This document shows, piece after piece, positions 1-8,551 of a DNA stretch of 31,954 bases. The stretch lies in the IMG/VR virus record IMGVR_UViG_3300031965_000110, positions 1-31,954 of that record; one strand, given 5' to 3'. The notes beneath the pieces are model-generated. The model made no database searches. It had not been told where the DNA came from and saw only the letters and a list, made by a program, of their open reading frames with translations. Every line of letters begins with the position of its first letter. The stretch's first letter is position 1. The stretch comes from a virus (lineage: Duplodnaviria > Caudoviricetes). The position numbers and the translations under genes were made by a program.

Positions 1-118
1 AGACGGCCGCCGTGAAGCCTCCGGAGGCCGCGGTGGTTCCCGAGGGTAAGGCTCGCGGCGGTGTCATGTCCACCGAGTCGCTCAAGCCGAAGAAGAGCTA
101 GGGCGTTTCCAGGGAAAC
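1..118. repeat. Exact direct repeat of 31218-31335 (3' end of the 30944-31318 gene plus intergenic palindrome)
   Basis: Base-by-base identity from agacggccgccgtg to gtttccagggaaac; the sequences diverge immediately after. Confidence 0.95.
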
Positions 119-120
119 GC
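103..120. promoter_or_regulatory. parS-like palindrome GCGTTTCCAGGGAAACGC (same locus as 31322-31335 on the circle)
   Basis: Dyad GTTTCC-N2-GGAAAC, intergenic; resembles parS TGTTTCACGTGAAACA. Confidence 0.6.
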
Positions 121-128
121 GGTAGACG

Positions 129-1004
129 GTGAACCTCCTCATCACGCCCACGGAGATCAAGGCGGGGATCCCGGACGGGATCCGGGCGACCACGACCAAG
201 TACGACCAACCTCTGTTGGTCATGGCGCAGATGGTCAGCCGCTTTTGGCATCGGCACTGCGGCCGGTCCTTCTTCCCTGAGCTCGCCACGCGGTACTTCG
301 ACGCGGCCGGCAAGCAGGGCCTCGTGATCGATGACCTGCTCTCGATCACCCAGGTCTCCGTCAGCGACGACAACGGGGCGACGTACACCAACCTGGTAGT
401 CGACACAGACTACTGGGCGACGGTGTGGGGAGATCCGAACGCTCCGCAGTCCTGGAACCAGCTCGTGGTCAACCCCAACAGCTTGGTTCGGGGCGCCTGG
501 CCGGCGGGCCGGCGGGCTGTGAAGATCGTTGGGCTCTGGGGATACGCCGACGACCGCGCCACGGCCTGGGAAGACTCCACGGACGAGGTGGAGAGTAACC
601 CTCTGGCCGTCGGCGCCGTCAGTCTGACGGTGAATGATGCGGATGGGCCCGACCTACTCGGGGTCACGCCGCGCTTCCAGGCCGGCCAGCTCTTGCGCAT
701 CGAGAGCGAGTTCGCCTACTGCAGCGCCACCAATACCGCCACACAGGTTCTCATCATCGCCCGGTCGCGGAACGGGACGGTGGATGCGGAACATATCCAG
801 AATAAGCAGATCGATATCTGGCGGCCGCCGGCGCCGATGAAGCAGGCAGCCATGATCAGCACCGTGCGGGTTCTCGAGCGCGGCTTCCAGGCCTATGGGG
901 ATGCGCGAGCCAACGCCGAGCTCGGGCAGTTGATCTACATGCGGGCGATGGATCCGGAAGCCCTGGTGTTGGCGGAGCCCTACCGCCTGGTGACGGCCGG
1001 ATGA
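129..1004 (+). CDS. Head-tail connector/adaptor (gp6-like) with inserted domain, allele X
   Basis: 291 aa. TPTEIK N-terminus, SRF..RHCGRSF, VKIVGLWGY and P.PMKQAA...LAEPYR motifs typical of adaptors; first neck gene after the capsid module on the circle. Confidence 0.75.
   Translation: MNLLITPTEIKAGIPDGIRATTTKYDQPLLVMAQMVSRFWHRHCGRSFFPELATRYFDAAGKQGLVIDDLLSITQVSVSDDNGATYTNLVVDTDYWATVWGDPNAPQSWNQLVVNPNSLVRGAWPAGRRAVKIVGLWGYADDRATAWEDSTDEVESNPLAVGAVSLTVNDADGPDLLGVTPRFQAGQLLRIESEFAYCSATNTATQVLIIARSRNGTVDAEHIQNKQIDIWRPPAPMKQAAMISTVRVLERGFQAYGDARANAELGQLIYMRAMDPEALVLAEPYRLVTAG
552..737. repeat. Direct repeat of 31769-31954 (3 SNPs at 596, 602 and 610; 611-737 identical, 127 nt)
   Basis: Direct comparison of the window start and end. 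Confidence 0.93.
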
Positions 1005-1411
1005 TTAGCGTCGAAGCAGATCCTCGAGAACTGATCGCCCAGCTGCAGAAGCTGGAGCGGTTCGAGAAGATCGCTCAGGGCCACATCCGCCAGGCGATGG
1101 GCGACGTGGTGGGGCAGTTCGTCTCTAGCTGGCAGAGTATTGCCCCCGTGGCTTCCGGAGAGTACCAGGGCTCGATCGTGGGGAAGGTCACCCGCGTCGT
1201 CGGTCTGGAAGCGCGCGGGATTGCATCGACGGATTCAACCAGGGCCGGTTTTGCCTACCCGTCCGCCCTGGAGACGGCAACCCGGATCCGCTCGGCGCCG
1301 AACCCGCATCGCCGGAAGGTGCGACAGCTGGCCGAGTCGAAGATCGAGCAGATCTCCAACCGCTTCTGGCAGGCCCTGGAGCGGATCGTCAACGACCTCA
1401 GGGTGCCCTGA
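1001..1411 (+). CDS. HK97 gp10-like neck/tail-completion protein
   Basis: 136 aa, APVASGEYQGSI motif (APV.TG.L..SI-like), ATGA coupling, neck synteny. Confidence 0.7.
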   Translation: MISVEADPRELIAQLQKLERFEKIAQGHIRQAMGDVVGQFVSSWQSIAPVASGEYQGSIVGKVTRVVGLEARGIASTDSTRAGFAYPSALETATRIRSAPNPHRRKVRQLAESKIEQISNRFWQALERIVNDLRVP

Positions 1412-1854
1412 TGCCTCTCGCCACGTGGATGCCGAAGCTGAAGGCGAAGCTGGCCGAGGTCTCAGGGCTGGAGCAGGTGCACCAGTATGACGAGTTGCCG
1501 GCAGCTCTCCTGGTCTTTCCGTGCGCCATCATCACCCTGAAATTGGGGCACTACAGCTATGGAACCGGCGGGCCGGAACTGGCGGACCACGAAGTGCAGA
1601 TCACGGTCTACACCTCGGCGCAGGTCCTTCCGGAAGCGCACAACGTGGCGGCCGGTTTCATCGAGCCGGTGAGGAACAAGCTGGCGGCCAACATGAAGCT
1701 CGATGGGACGGTGAAGGCGATTTCCCCGACGTCCGAGGGACCGACCTATCAGGGGCCGGGGCAGATCACTTACGGCGACAAGACCCATGTCGGCGTGGCG
1801 TTTCACTACCGCGTCTTTGATGACGAAACGGGAAGCTACCCCGTCTCGCAGTAG
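1411..1854 (+). CDS. Tail terminator-like protein
   Basis: 147 aa, FPCAII and alternating beta pattern, lies just upstream of the tail tube gene. Confidence 0.6.
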   Translation: MPLATWMPKLKAKLAEVSGLEQVHQYDELPAALLVFPCAIITLKLGHYSYGTGGPELADHEVQITVYTSAQVLPEAHNVAAGFIEPVRNKLAANMKLDGTVKAISPTSEGPTYQGPGQITYGDKTHVGVAFHYRVFDDETGSYPVSQ

Positions 1855-1864
1855 GGAGGTCCGA

Positions 1865-2056
1865 ATGACCAGGACATTCAAGTTCACCGGTGTCGGCGAA
1901 GGGATCCCTGGCCTAGCTCACGAAGTGACAGATGACCAGGCGAAGGCTCTGGGCCTGGGCGAGGTGCTGCGAAGCGCCGTCGCCAACGGGAGCTACTCCG
2001 AAGTCAAGCCGGAGCGGAAGCCCGAGCCGCGGACGACGGCCACAGAAGGAGAGTGA
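1865..2056 (+). CDS. Small hypothetical protein (63 aa, MTRTFKFTG...)
   Basis: GGGAGGT RBS before ATG 1865; fills the gap between terminator and tail tube genes. Confidence 0.65.
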   Translation: MTRTFKFTGVGEGIPGLAHEVTDDQAKALGLGEVLRSAVANGSYSEVKPERKPEPRTTATEGE

Positions 2057-2059
2057 GAG

Positions 2060-3046
2060 ATGCTGTTTCGCAAAGTTCAGTACGGGAAAGAGACCACGCG
2101 GTTCACGGCCGTCGCGGCAACCAAGGCACTCACGGGCGAGATCAACGTCCCGAAGGACCGCGTGCCGACGTACTTCGGTGGCTCGTTGGGGATCCGGGTG
2201 CGGGAGAACCAGGCGGTCATCGCCCAGATCAAGGCTGGGGACATCCGCTATACGGACCCCGCAGCCTACTTCCAGGAGCTCGTCCTGTTCCTGTCCTTGG
2301 GGTTGATGGGCGGGATCACGCCGACGGAGCAGACGCCATCTCAGGCGGATTACCTATGGCCCTTCCTTCCCACGATGACGGCGGCCGACGCGCTGGATGC
2401 CATCACGCTGGAGCTGGGCGACGACGAGCGCGCTTATGAGGTGGAGGGCGTCTCCGCCACGAGCTTCAAGCTCTCGGGCAAGACGGGGGACAACAGCCTG
2501 GTCTCGCTCGACGTCGGGCTGCTCGGAAAGCAGCTCACGTCCACGACGATCACGCCGGCGATCGCTCTCCCGACGCGTGAACCGATCATCGGCAACCTGG
2601 CGAAGATCTACCTCGACCCGAGCTGGGCAACTGTTGGGGCCACCCAGAAGACCGGGATCCTGCGGGAGTACTCGTCCGAGCTGCAGTTCGGCGTCGAGCA
2701 GCTGCATCACGGCGCCGCCAAGACTGTCGACTCCCAGCGCCAGGGATATCTGGGCGGGATGTTCCAGTTCGTCTTTGAGCGCGGGGCCGAAGCCGAGGCG
2801 ATCTTCGACGCTTTCAACGCCCAGACCTTCAAGGTCATGCGCCTGCGCCTCGAAGGCGGGCAGATCGGCACGGGCGTGAACCACAAGATCGATATCGACA
2901 TGGGAGGGTACTTCGAAGCCGTGGATCCGTGGGGCCAAGAGGATCAGGGCTTCGGCCTCTACACGGCGACCTTCCACCCGCTCTATGACGGGACGGGTGC
3001 CAAGGCCATCGACGTCAACGTGGTCACGTCGACGAACGCGATCTAG
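2060..3046 (+). CDS. Major tail tube protein
   Basis: 328 aa, N-terminal QYGKETTRFTAVAAT motif typical of tail tube proteins, AAGGAG RBS, precedes chaperone and tape measure. Confidence 0.8.
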   Translation: MLFRKVQYGKETTRFTAVAATKALTGEINVPKDRVPTYFGGSLGIRVRENQAVIAQIKAGDIRYTDPAAYFQELVLFLSLGLMGGITPTEQTPSQADYLWPFLPTMTAADALDAITLELGDDERAYEVEGVSATSFKLSGKTGDNSLVSLDVGLLGKQLTSTTITPAIALPTREPIIGNLAKIYLDPSWATVGATQKTGILREYSSELQFGVEQLHHGAAKTVDSQRQGYLGGMFQFVFERGAEAEAIFDAFNAQTFKVMRLRLEGGQIGTGVNHKIDIDMGGYFEAVDPWGQEDQGFGLYTATFHPLYDGTGAKAIDVNVVTSTNAI

Positions 3047-3048
3047 CC

Positions 3049-3462
3049 GTGGCCAAGTTCGACATCCCGAAGATCCTGCGGCCCCTGGCCCTGAAGGACT
3101 ACGCGCCCGAGATGGGTGAGGCCGTCGTCCAGGTCTGGGTCAACCTGCCCGGAAAGCTGATCGAGCAGCACGATCGACTGAACGACGAGGTCGATCTCCT
3201 GCGGCCGAAGATCGCCAATGAGAAAGCGACAGATGAGAGCCGGAAGGAAGCTGCCTTGCGCCTCGTGGCCATCGGGAAAGAGATGATTGCCTGGCACGCT
3301 GAGATCTGGAGCCAGGGCCCTGAAGAGACTCGATGGACGGAGGAGGAGGTCGACGAGTTGATCTCCTCCACGCGCGAGAGGGATCCGCAGCTCTGGCCGT
3401 GGCTGATGATGCGGACCAAAGAGCTGATCCAGGAGCATCGCCGCCGCCTAAAAAAAGGATGA
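3049..3462 (+). CDS. Tail assembly chaperone (lambda gpG-like)
   Basis: 137 aa between tube and tape measure; ends CTA AAA AAA GGA TGA. Confidence 0.75.
   Translation: MAKFDIPKILRPLALKDYAPEMGEAVVQVWVNLPGKLIEQHDRLNDEVDLLRPKIANEKATDESRKEAALRLVAIGKEMIAWHAEIWSQGPEETRWTEEEVDELISSTRERDPQLWPWLMMRTKELIQEHRRRLKKG
3450..3456 (+). other. Programmed -1 frameshift slippery heptamer A AAA AAA
   Basis: X XXY YYZ heptamer in frame just before the chaperone stop; the -1 frame is open to 3722, which abuts the tape-measure start. Confidence 0.75.
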
Positions 3463-3722
3463 CGGCGGCTCTGCTGGCGGTCTCGGGCGGCGGGGCCGCC
3501 GGCGATCCCCTGGTGGACGACGTGCTTCTGGCCAGGCAGGTCAATCGGATCCTGGGAGGGCCGTTCGTGGCGCCGTGGGAATTGGGAGATCTGCCGCAAG
3601 ATCTCCTGCTTGCCGTCCGCGGGCTGGCGGTTGATCTGCCTATTTTTCTGGCGGCCAGGCGCGACGCAGAGAAGCGGGCGGATAAGTGGAGAGCTGAGCT
3701 GAAGGGCAAGCGAGTGCACTGA
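3459..3722 (+). CDS. Tail chaperone frameshift extension (gpT-like)
   Basis: -1 frame ORF (KKR)MTAALLAVSGG...VAPWELGDLP...KRVH; its stop overlaps the tape-measure ATG. Confidence 0.7.
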   Translation: MTAALLAVSGGGAAGDPLVDDVLLARQVNRILGGPFVAPWELGDLPQDLLLAVRGLAVDLPIFLAARRDAEKRADKWRAELKGKRVH

Positions 3723-5623
3723 TGGCGCGTAGCGTTCTCGACATCATCTTCCGCACCAAGAAGGAGGGCGACGCCGCCCGCGGGCTGCAGCGCGAGGTCA
3801 AGGACCTCAGCGGCGCGCTCGGTTCACTTGGGATCGGCGCTCAGCTCACCGCGGCCGGTGGTGTCGCGGCGCTGGCGGCCGGCCTGAAATTCTCGATCGA
3901 CCAGGCGGCCGAGTCGCAGCGGGTCAACGCGCAGACCGCAGCCGTCCTGCGCTCGACGGGTTCAGCGGCCGGCCTTACGGCCGTGGAAATCCAGCGCCTC
4001 TCCACGGCGCTCTCGGCTCAGTCGACCTACTCCGACGAATCTGTCCAATCGATGCAGAACGTCCTTCTGACCTTCACGGCCATCAAGGACGACGTCATGC
4101 CCGGGGCGGCCCAGGCTGTCATCGATATGAGCGTGGCCCTCGGGCAGGACCTCCAGGGCTCGGCCATCCAGGTGGGGAAGGCACTCCAGGACCCCATCCT
4201 CGGGGTCACGGCGCTCCGCCGGGTGGGGGTGAACTTCTCGAAGGACCAGCAGGAATTCATCAAGTCGCTGGTGGACACGGGGCACGCCGCCGAAGCGCAG
4301 GCCTTGATCCTGAAAGAGCTCAACACCGAGTTTGGTGGGAGCGCGCAGGCTCAAGTCGAAACGTATAGCGGTCGGATCGCCCAACTGAAGAATGCCGTCG
4401 GCGAGCTGGGAGAGGCTGCGGCCGAGAGCGAGATCGGTGGGCGGAGCCTGATCGATTGGCTTACGGACGCGGCCGCGGCGGGGACCCTGTTGATCACCGC
4501 CAGCGGGAGGATCACCGACGCGCTGCAGGAGCACGAAGAACAGATGGTCCAGAGCGCCCCTTCCTACGAGCTGTACATCCAGGAGATGGTCCGAGCCGGC
4601 TTGGCGTCAGGCAGGCTCAGCCAGACGGAAGCCGACATCATCCTTGGCCTTCGGGAGCAAACCCGAGTCCTGCCAAACGCCGCGGCGGCGATGGAGCGGC
4701 TGGGGATCAAGACCGAGTTCGCCTACAACACCGCCCAGATCTACGACGATCGCCTGGAGTCGGTCCGAGAGCGCCTGCGCGAGGTAGCCGACGCGTCGGG
4801 CGAAGCGGAAGAGGCCACTGAAGATGTGAAGGACGCCTTTCAGGAGCAGATCGAGACGCTGGCTGAGGCCTACCTCAAGAACCTGGAGTACAAGGCCTCC
4901 ACGGACGACGTCGCACGTGCGATCGCCGCACTCCGAAGCAAGCACATCGAAATCACGGTCACGACGATTACGGAGGAGATCACCCGCCAGACCTGGGAGT
5001 GGCGGGGGGCGCTGGCCACGCCGAATATCGGAAGCGGTGGGGGGGCTGGTGGCGTCCAACAGGCCGCCGGCGGCCTGCTGGCACCGCTGGCGAAGATCGG
5101 CGAGGCGGGCTACGAGTATGTCGTCGAGACGCCCAATGGCTTCGTCGTCATCCCTCACGAGGCGAGCGTTCTTCTCGAGCGGATCGGCGCCCTGGGAGCG
5201 GCGTCGGGGATGAAGCTGGGCGGCGAAGTCGAGTCGGGTGGCCTCAATATGCAGTACACCCCTGACTCCTATCTCCGGGCGCTGTCTTATGCGGCCGGTG
5301 CTGGCTACTACACCGGAACTGGCGGAGCGATCGTCACCGGCGGAGGCTCGGGCGGTGGTTTCGGCACTTCTGGTGGTGGTGGTGGTGGTACTGCAGCGGC
5401 TGCTGCGGTGCAAGCCTCGGCTGAGCTTGTTGCCGAAACTGCAGGCCAGGCCGCGGGAGCGGCCGCGGCCTTCGTGGGTGGACAGATCCCGATGGCGGTC
5501 GCCCTTGAGAGTCGCGAGTCGAACCTGATCCTCGCTGAGGGAATGAAGGACGTGGTGATGGCCATCAAGAACCTCGAGGAAGTCATCCCGCGGGCCGTCC
5601 GAGACGCGGTGGCGCAGCTCTGA
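3722..5623 (+). CDS. Tape measure protein
   Basis: 633 aa, Ala-rich helical, IQVGKALQDPILGVTALRRVGVNF...FGGSA core, C-terminal GG...IGEAGYEYVV motif. Confidence 0.9.
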   Translation: MARSVLDIIFRTKKEGDAARGLQREVKDLSGALGSLGIGAQLTAAGGVAALAAGLKFSIDQAAESQRVNAQTAAVLRSTGSAAGLTAVEIQRLSTALSAQSTYSDESVQSMQNVLLTFTAIKDDVMPGAAQAVIDMSVALGQDLQGSAIQVGKALQDPILGVTALRRVGVNFSKDQQEFIKSLVDTGHAAEAQALILKELNTEFGGSAQAQVETYSGRIAQLKNAVGELGEAAAESEIGGRSLIDWLTDAAAAGTLLITASGRITDALQEHEEQMVQSAPSYELYIQEMVRAGLASGRLSQTEADIILGLREQTRVLPNAAAAMERLGIKTEFAYNTAQIYDDRLESVRERLREVADASGEAEEATEDVKDAFQEQIETLAEAYLKNLEYKASTDDVARAIAALRSKHIEITVTTITEEITRQTWEWRGALATPNIGSGGGAGGVQQAAGGLLAPLAKIGEAGYEYVVETPNGFVVIPHEASVLLERIGALGAASGMKLGGEVESGGLNMQYTPDSYLRALSYAAGAGYYTGTGGAIVTGGGSGGGFGTSGGGGGGTAAAAAVQASAELVAETAGQAAGAAAAFVGGQIPMAVALESRESNLILAEGMKDVVMAIKNLEEVIPRAVRDAVAQL

Positions 5624-7143
5624 TGGAAGAAGCGACGATCGCCCTCGAGGCCGAGCTCAGCGTCGGTGTCTGGACCGACATCATGGGCGACGTCCTCCTC
5701 GGCGTGGTCCCGCTTCATGGCGAGTATGGGATTCGGGAGACGGGGCTCGATGCCCTCGTGGCTCGGACTGGCTTCCTCCGCTTCGCGCTCGACAACGGCG
5801 AGAGCAACACTGCCCAGAAGAAGGGTTACTACTCGCCCGGCCACGCGGATGTTCGGGTAGGTTTCGATGAGAGCATGCAGGTCCGGACGAAGTTCACCTA
5901 TGGAGGGACGCCCTACTACAAGTGGGTGGGGAGGGTCTCTGCTCCCCGTCCAACCGCCGGCCTGTTCCGGGAGCGTGTGACGAACGTGCAGGCTGTCGAC
6001 TGGATGGACCAGGCAGCCGCCCAGAAAATTTCTCAGCTGGCCATCCAGACGGACAAGCGGTTCGATCAACTCCTGCCCTCCATCCTGGCCGACATGCCCA
6101 TCCAGCCGCGAGCGACGTCGTTCGCTACGGGGGTCGAGATACTCTCCCGCTTCTTCGACACCGACAGCGACGAGAAGATGAGCCCGATGTCGCTCATGGC
6201 CAAGGGGTGCCGGAACGAGTTGGGGGGCCTGGTCTACCTCAAAGGGGACAGCGCGGGTGGTGAGACGCTGCGGTTCGACAGCCGGCACACGCGGCCGCTC
6301 AATCAGACGGTGCTGGCCACGCTCGACAACACGATGCAGGAGCTCGAGGTCGAGTACGACCGCTCGGCGGTGAGGAACCTGGTGCTGGCGAAGATCTACC
6401 CCAAGAAGGTGGATGCGGCCGCTACGACCGTTCTCTACACGGCTCAGCAGAAGTTCTCTCTCTCACCCGGCCAATCCATCACGCTGATCCTGGCCTATCG
6501 GGACCCGACGACGGGCCGGCCGATCTCCGCCACAGAGGTCGTCTCGCCGCTGGTGGGCGACACCCACTACAAGTTCGGCTCGTCGGAAGGCTCGGCCAAC
6601 GATTTGAATGCCTCGCTTGGCCAGTCGATGACTATCGGGGGCAATACGACTCGCCTGCTGTTGACCAACAACGCCGCCGTCACGGGGTGGTTGAACCTCC
6701 TGGTGCTGTGGGGCAAGGGGATCTACGTCTACGACCCGCAGACCTTTGAGAGCAAGGACCAGACTTCGATCAACAAGCGCGGCGAACTGACATTGACTTG
6801 GGAGATGGAGCAGCACGACAGCCCGGTGAAGGGGGAAGCTACGGCGGCCTACTTCAAGAATCGCCTTTCGCTCCCGCGCAAGGTACCCAAGCGCGTGTCT
6901 TTCATCGCCAACCAGTCGGCGGCGCTGATGGCCGCTTTTCTTCAGGGGGAGCCGAGCTCGCGCATCCGGCTCAAGGAAACCATGAACGCCTTCGACGCCG
7001 ATTGCTTCATCAATGGGATTGCTTTCGACGTCCTGCCAGGGGGAAGAATCAAGGCTGACTGGACGCTGGTCCCGGCCGACACGAACGCATTCTTCATTTG
7101 GAATACATCCAGGTGGAACATCGACGCCTACTGGGCGTTCTGA
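5623..7143 (+). CDS. Minor tail / baseplate hub-like protein
   Basis: 506 aa immediately after the tape measure, aromatic C-terminus FFIWNTSRWNIDAYWAF. Confidence 0.7.
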   Translation: MEEATIALEAELSVGVWTDIMGDVLLGVVPLHGEYGIRETGLDALVARTGFLRFALDNGESNTAQKKGYYSPGHADVRVGFDESMQVRTKFTYGGTPYYKWVGRVSAPRPTAGLFRERVTNVQAVDWMDQAAAQKISQLAIQTDKRFDQLLPSILADMPIQPRATSFATGVEILSRFFDTDSDEKMSPMSLMAKGCRNELGGLVYLKGDSAGGETLRFDSRHTRPLNQTVLATLDNTMQELEVEYDRSAVRNLVLAKIYPKKVDAAATTVLYTAQQKFSLSPGQSITLILAYRDPTTGRPISATEVVSPLVGDTHYKFGSSEGSANDLNASLGQSMTIGGNTTRLLLTNNAAVTGWLNLLVLWGKGIYVYDPQTFESKDQTSINKRGELTLTWEMEQHDSPVKGEATAAYFKNRLSLPRKVPKRVSFIANQSAALMAAFLQGEPSSRIRLKETMNAFDADCFINGIAFDVLPGGRIKADWTLVPADTNAFFIWNTSRWNIDAYWAF

Positions 7144-7154
7144 CTGAGGATCCC

Positions 7155-7775
7155 ATGCCGCAAAGGACAGACAACCTCGAGCGAACGGACTTGGACCTGG
7201 CGGCTCGCCGGCTCAACCTCGAGGACTATGCCCGGCGATCAGAGGCGATCGGCCGCGGGAGAGACCACTGGGGCAGGATGGGCTTCGCCACGCGAGCGGA
7301 GTTCGACTCGTTTCTGCTGACCAGGGAGCGGCACCCCGAGAGCGTCGCCTATGCCATTGGCACGGCGCAGGGATCGCCGGTTGTCGCGTTCATCAACGAC
7401 AACCGCTGGATGGCCCGGTGTGAGTGCGGCGGCCTGGCGGTGGTGGACCCCGATCAGCCGGAGTTCTACTGCCATGCCTGTTTCAACGTGGCCAACGGCG
7501 GAGTGGCGGAGGGAAAGGATCTCCACGGTGGTTATCCGCGCCCGGTTCTGTTTCCCGGGAAACGGGAGCAGGAGCAGATCGAGGACGCTCTGCTGGTGAG
7601 TGACGATCCGCTGTGGCGCAACTGGACGCCCCTGGCGGAGGACGAGGGAAAGCCCGGGGCGTCCCGGAGCAACCGCGTCCCCGAGGTAGCTGAGATCGAG
7701 GCCTCCATCCTCCGCGTGGAAGACGGCAATGAGGCTGCCGGTCTGGTCCGGCGCCGCATCGGGAGGCCGGAATGA
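7155..7775 (+). CDS. Cys-rich (CxC...CxxC) conserved phage protein in the tail module
   Basis: GAGGA RBS, ATG 7155; RWMARCECGG...FYCHACFN...RNWTP. Confidence 0.6.
   Translation: MPQRTDNLERTDLDLAARRLNLEDYARRSEAIGRGRDHWGRMGFATRAEFDSFLLTRERHPESVAYAIGTAQGSPVVAFINDNRWMARCECGGLAVVDPDQPEFYCHACFNVANGGVAEGKDLHGGYPRPVLFPGKREQEQIEDALLVSDDPLWRNWTPLAEDEGKPGASRSNRVPEVAEIEASILRVEDGNEAAGLVRRRIGRPE
7549..7564. promoter_or_regulatory. parS-like palindrome TGTTTCCCGGGAAACG (intragenic)
   Basis: Perfect 14-bp dyad core. Confidence 0.6.
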
Positions 7776-8551
7776 GTTTCTCTTCCAGGACCCACGTTGC
7801 ACCCGGGGACCTCGGTCTGGCCGCCGACAATAACCAAGGGATGGACAACGAGGATGCTCTGAAGGCGGCGGTGCAGCCGACTCAGATGACGGTCTTCTTC
7901 GACGGGGGCGGCGTTCCCCTTGTACCTGGCGACCCGGCCTCTTCGCGCACGTTCCCGTACAAGTTACCGGCACTTACCATCACGGCGTGGGAGATCGAGG
8001 AGATCAGCGACACGCCCGTCGCCAGCTACGTCTCGGTCCATGTGGCCAAGGACAGCTACGCCAATTACCCGCCGGCACTCAACGATGCGATGGTGGGGAT
8101 CGGCGAGACGAAGCCGAATCTCAACAACGTCGCCAAGAATGTCTCGGCGTCTCCTGACTGGACCACTTTGGCCCTGGCCGTCGATGACCTTCTGAAGATG
8201 AAGCTCGGCGGGGTAAACGCCGCGATCTCCTTCACCGGCGCCGGCCTGAACGACATGACCCTGGGCGCTCAGGATTGCCCGGTCGATACAGTGAACCGAA
8301 CTTACCGAGTCAAGATCGACGGCACGGGGTCGCCCAACACCTTCAAGTGGTGCCGCGATGGGGCGACGGAAACCTGGGTGGCGACGGCCGTAGCGATCAC
8401 GGCGGCCGAGCAGCTGCTGGAGAATGGCGTGTACGTGAAGTTCGGGGCGACGACCGGGCACACGCTTAACGACTATTGGCAGTGGGCGATGACGGCGATG
8501 GCCGGCGGAAAGCTGTATGCCGTCACGCTCAAGGGCAATCGGGCGGTCTGA
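7772..8551 (+). CDS. Putative tail fibre / minor tail protein
   Basis: 259 aa, beta-rich, N-terminal RTHVAPGDLGLAADNN-type anchor, tail-module position. Confidence 0.55.
   Translation: MSFSSRTHVAPGDLGLAADNNQGMDNEDALKAAVQPTQMTVFFDGGGVPLVPGDPASSRTFPYKLPALTITAWEIEEISDTPVASYVSVHVAKDSYANYPPALNDAMVGIGETKPNLNNVAKNVSASPDWTTLALAVDDLLKMKLGGVNAAISFTGAGLNDMTLGAQDCPVDTVNRTYRVKIDGTGSPNTFKWCRDGATETWVATAVAITAAEQLLENGVYVKFGATTGHTLNDYWQWAMTAMAGGKLYAVTLKGNRAV

Noticed and set aside
119-551. Diversity-generating retroelement VR/TR pair
   Set aside because: Differences are not adenine-specific, include indels, both copies are intact coding alleles, and no reverse transcriptase is present.
1-737. True terminal direct repeats of a linear virion genome
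   Set aside because: The interior of the repeat is only ~55% identical at protein level, the exact end overlap is 127 nt (k-mer-like), and HNH plus P27 terS indicate cos packaging near 20124-20210.
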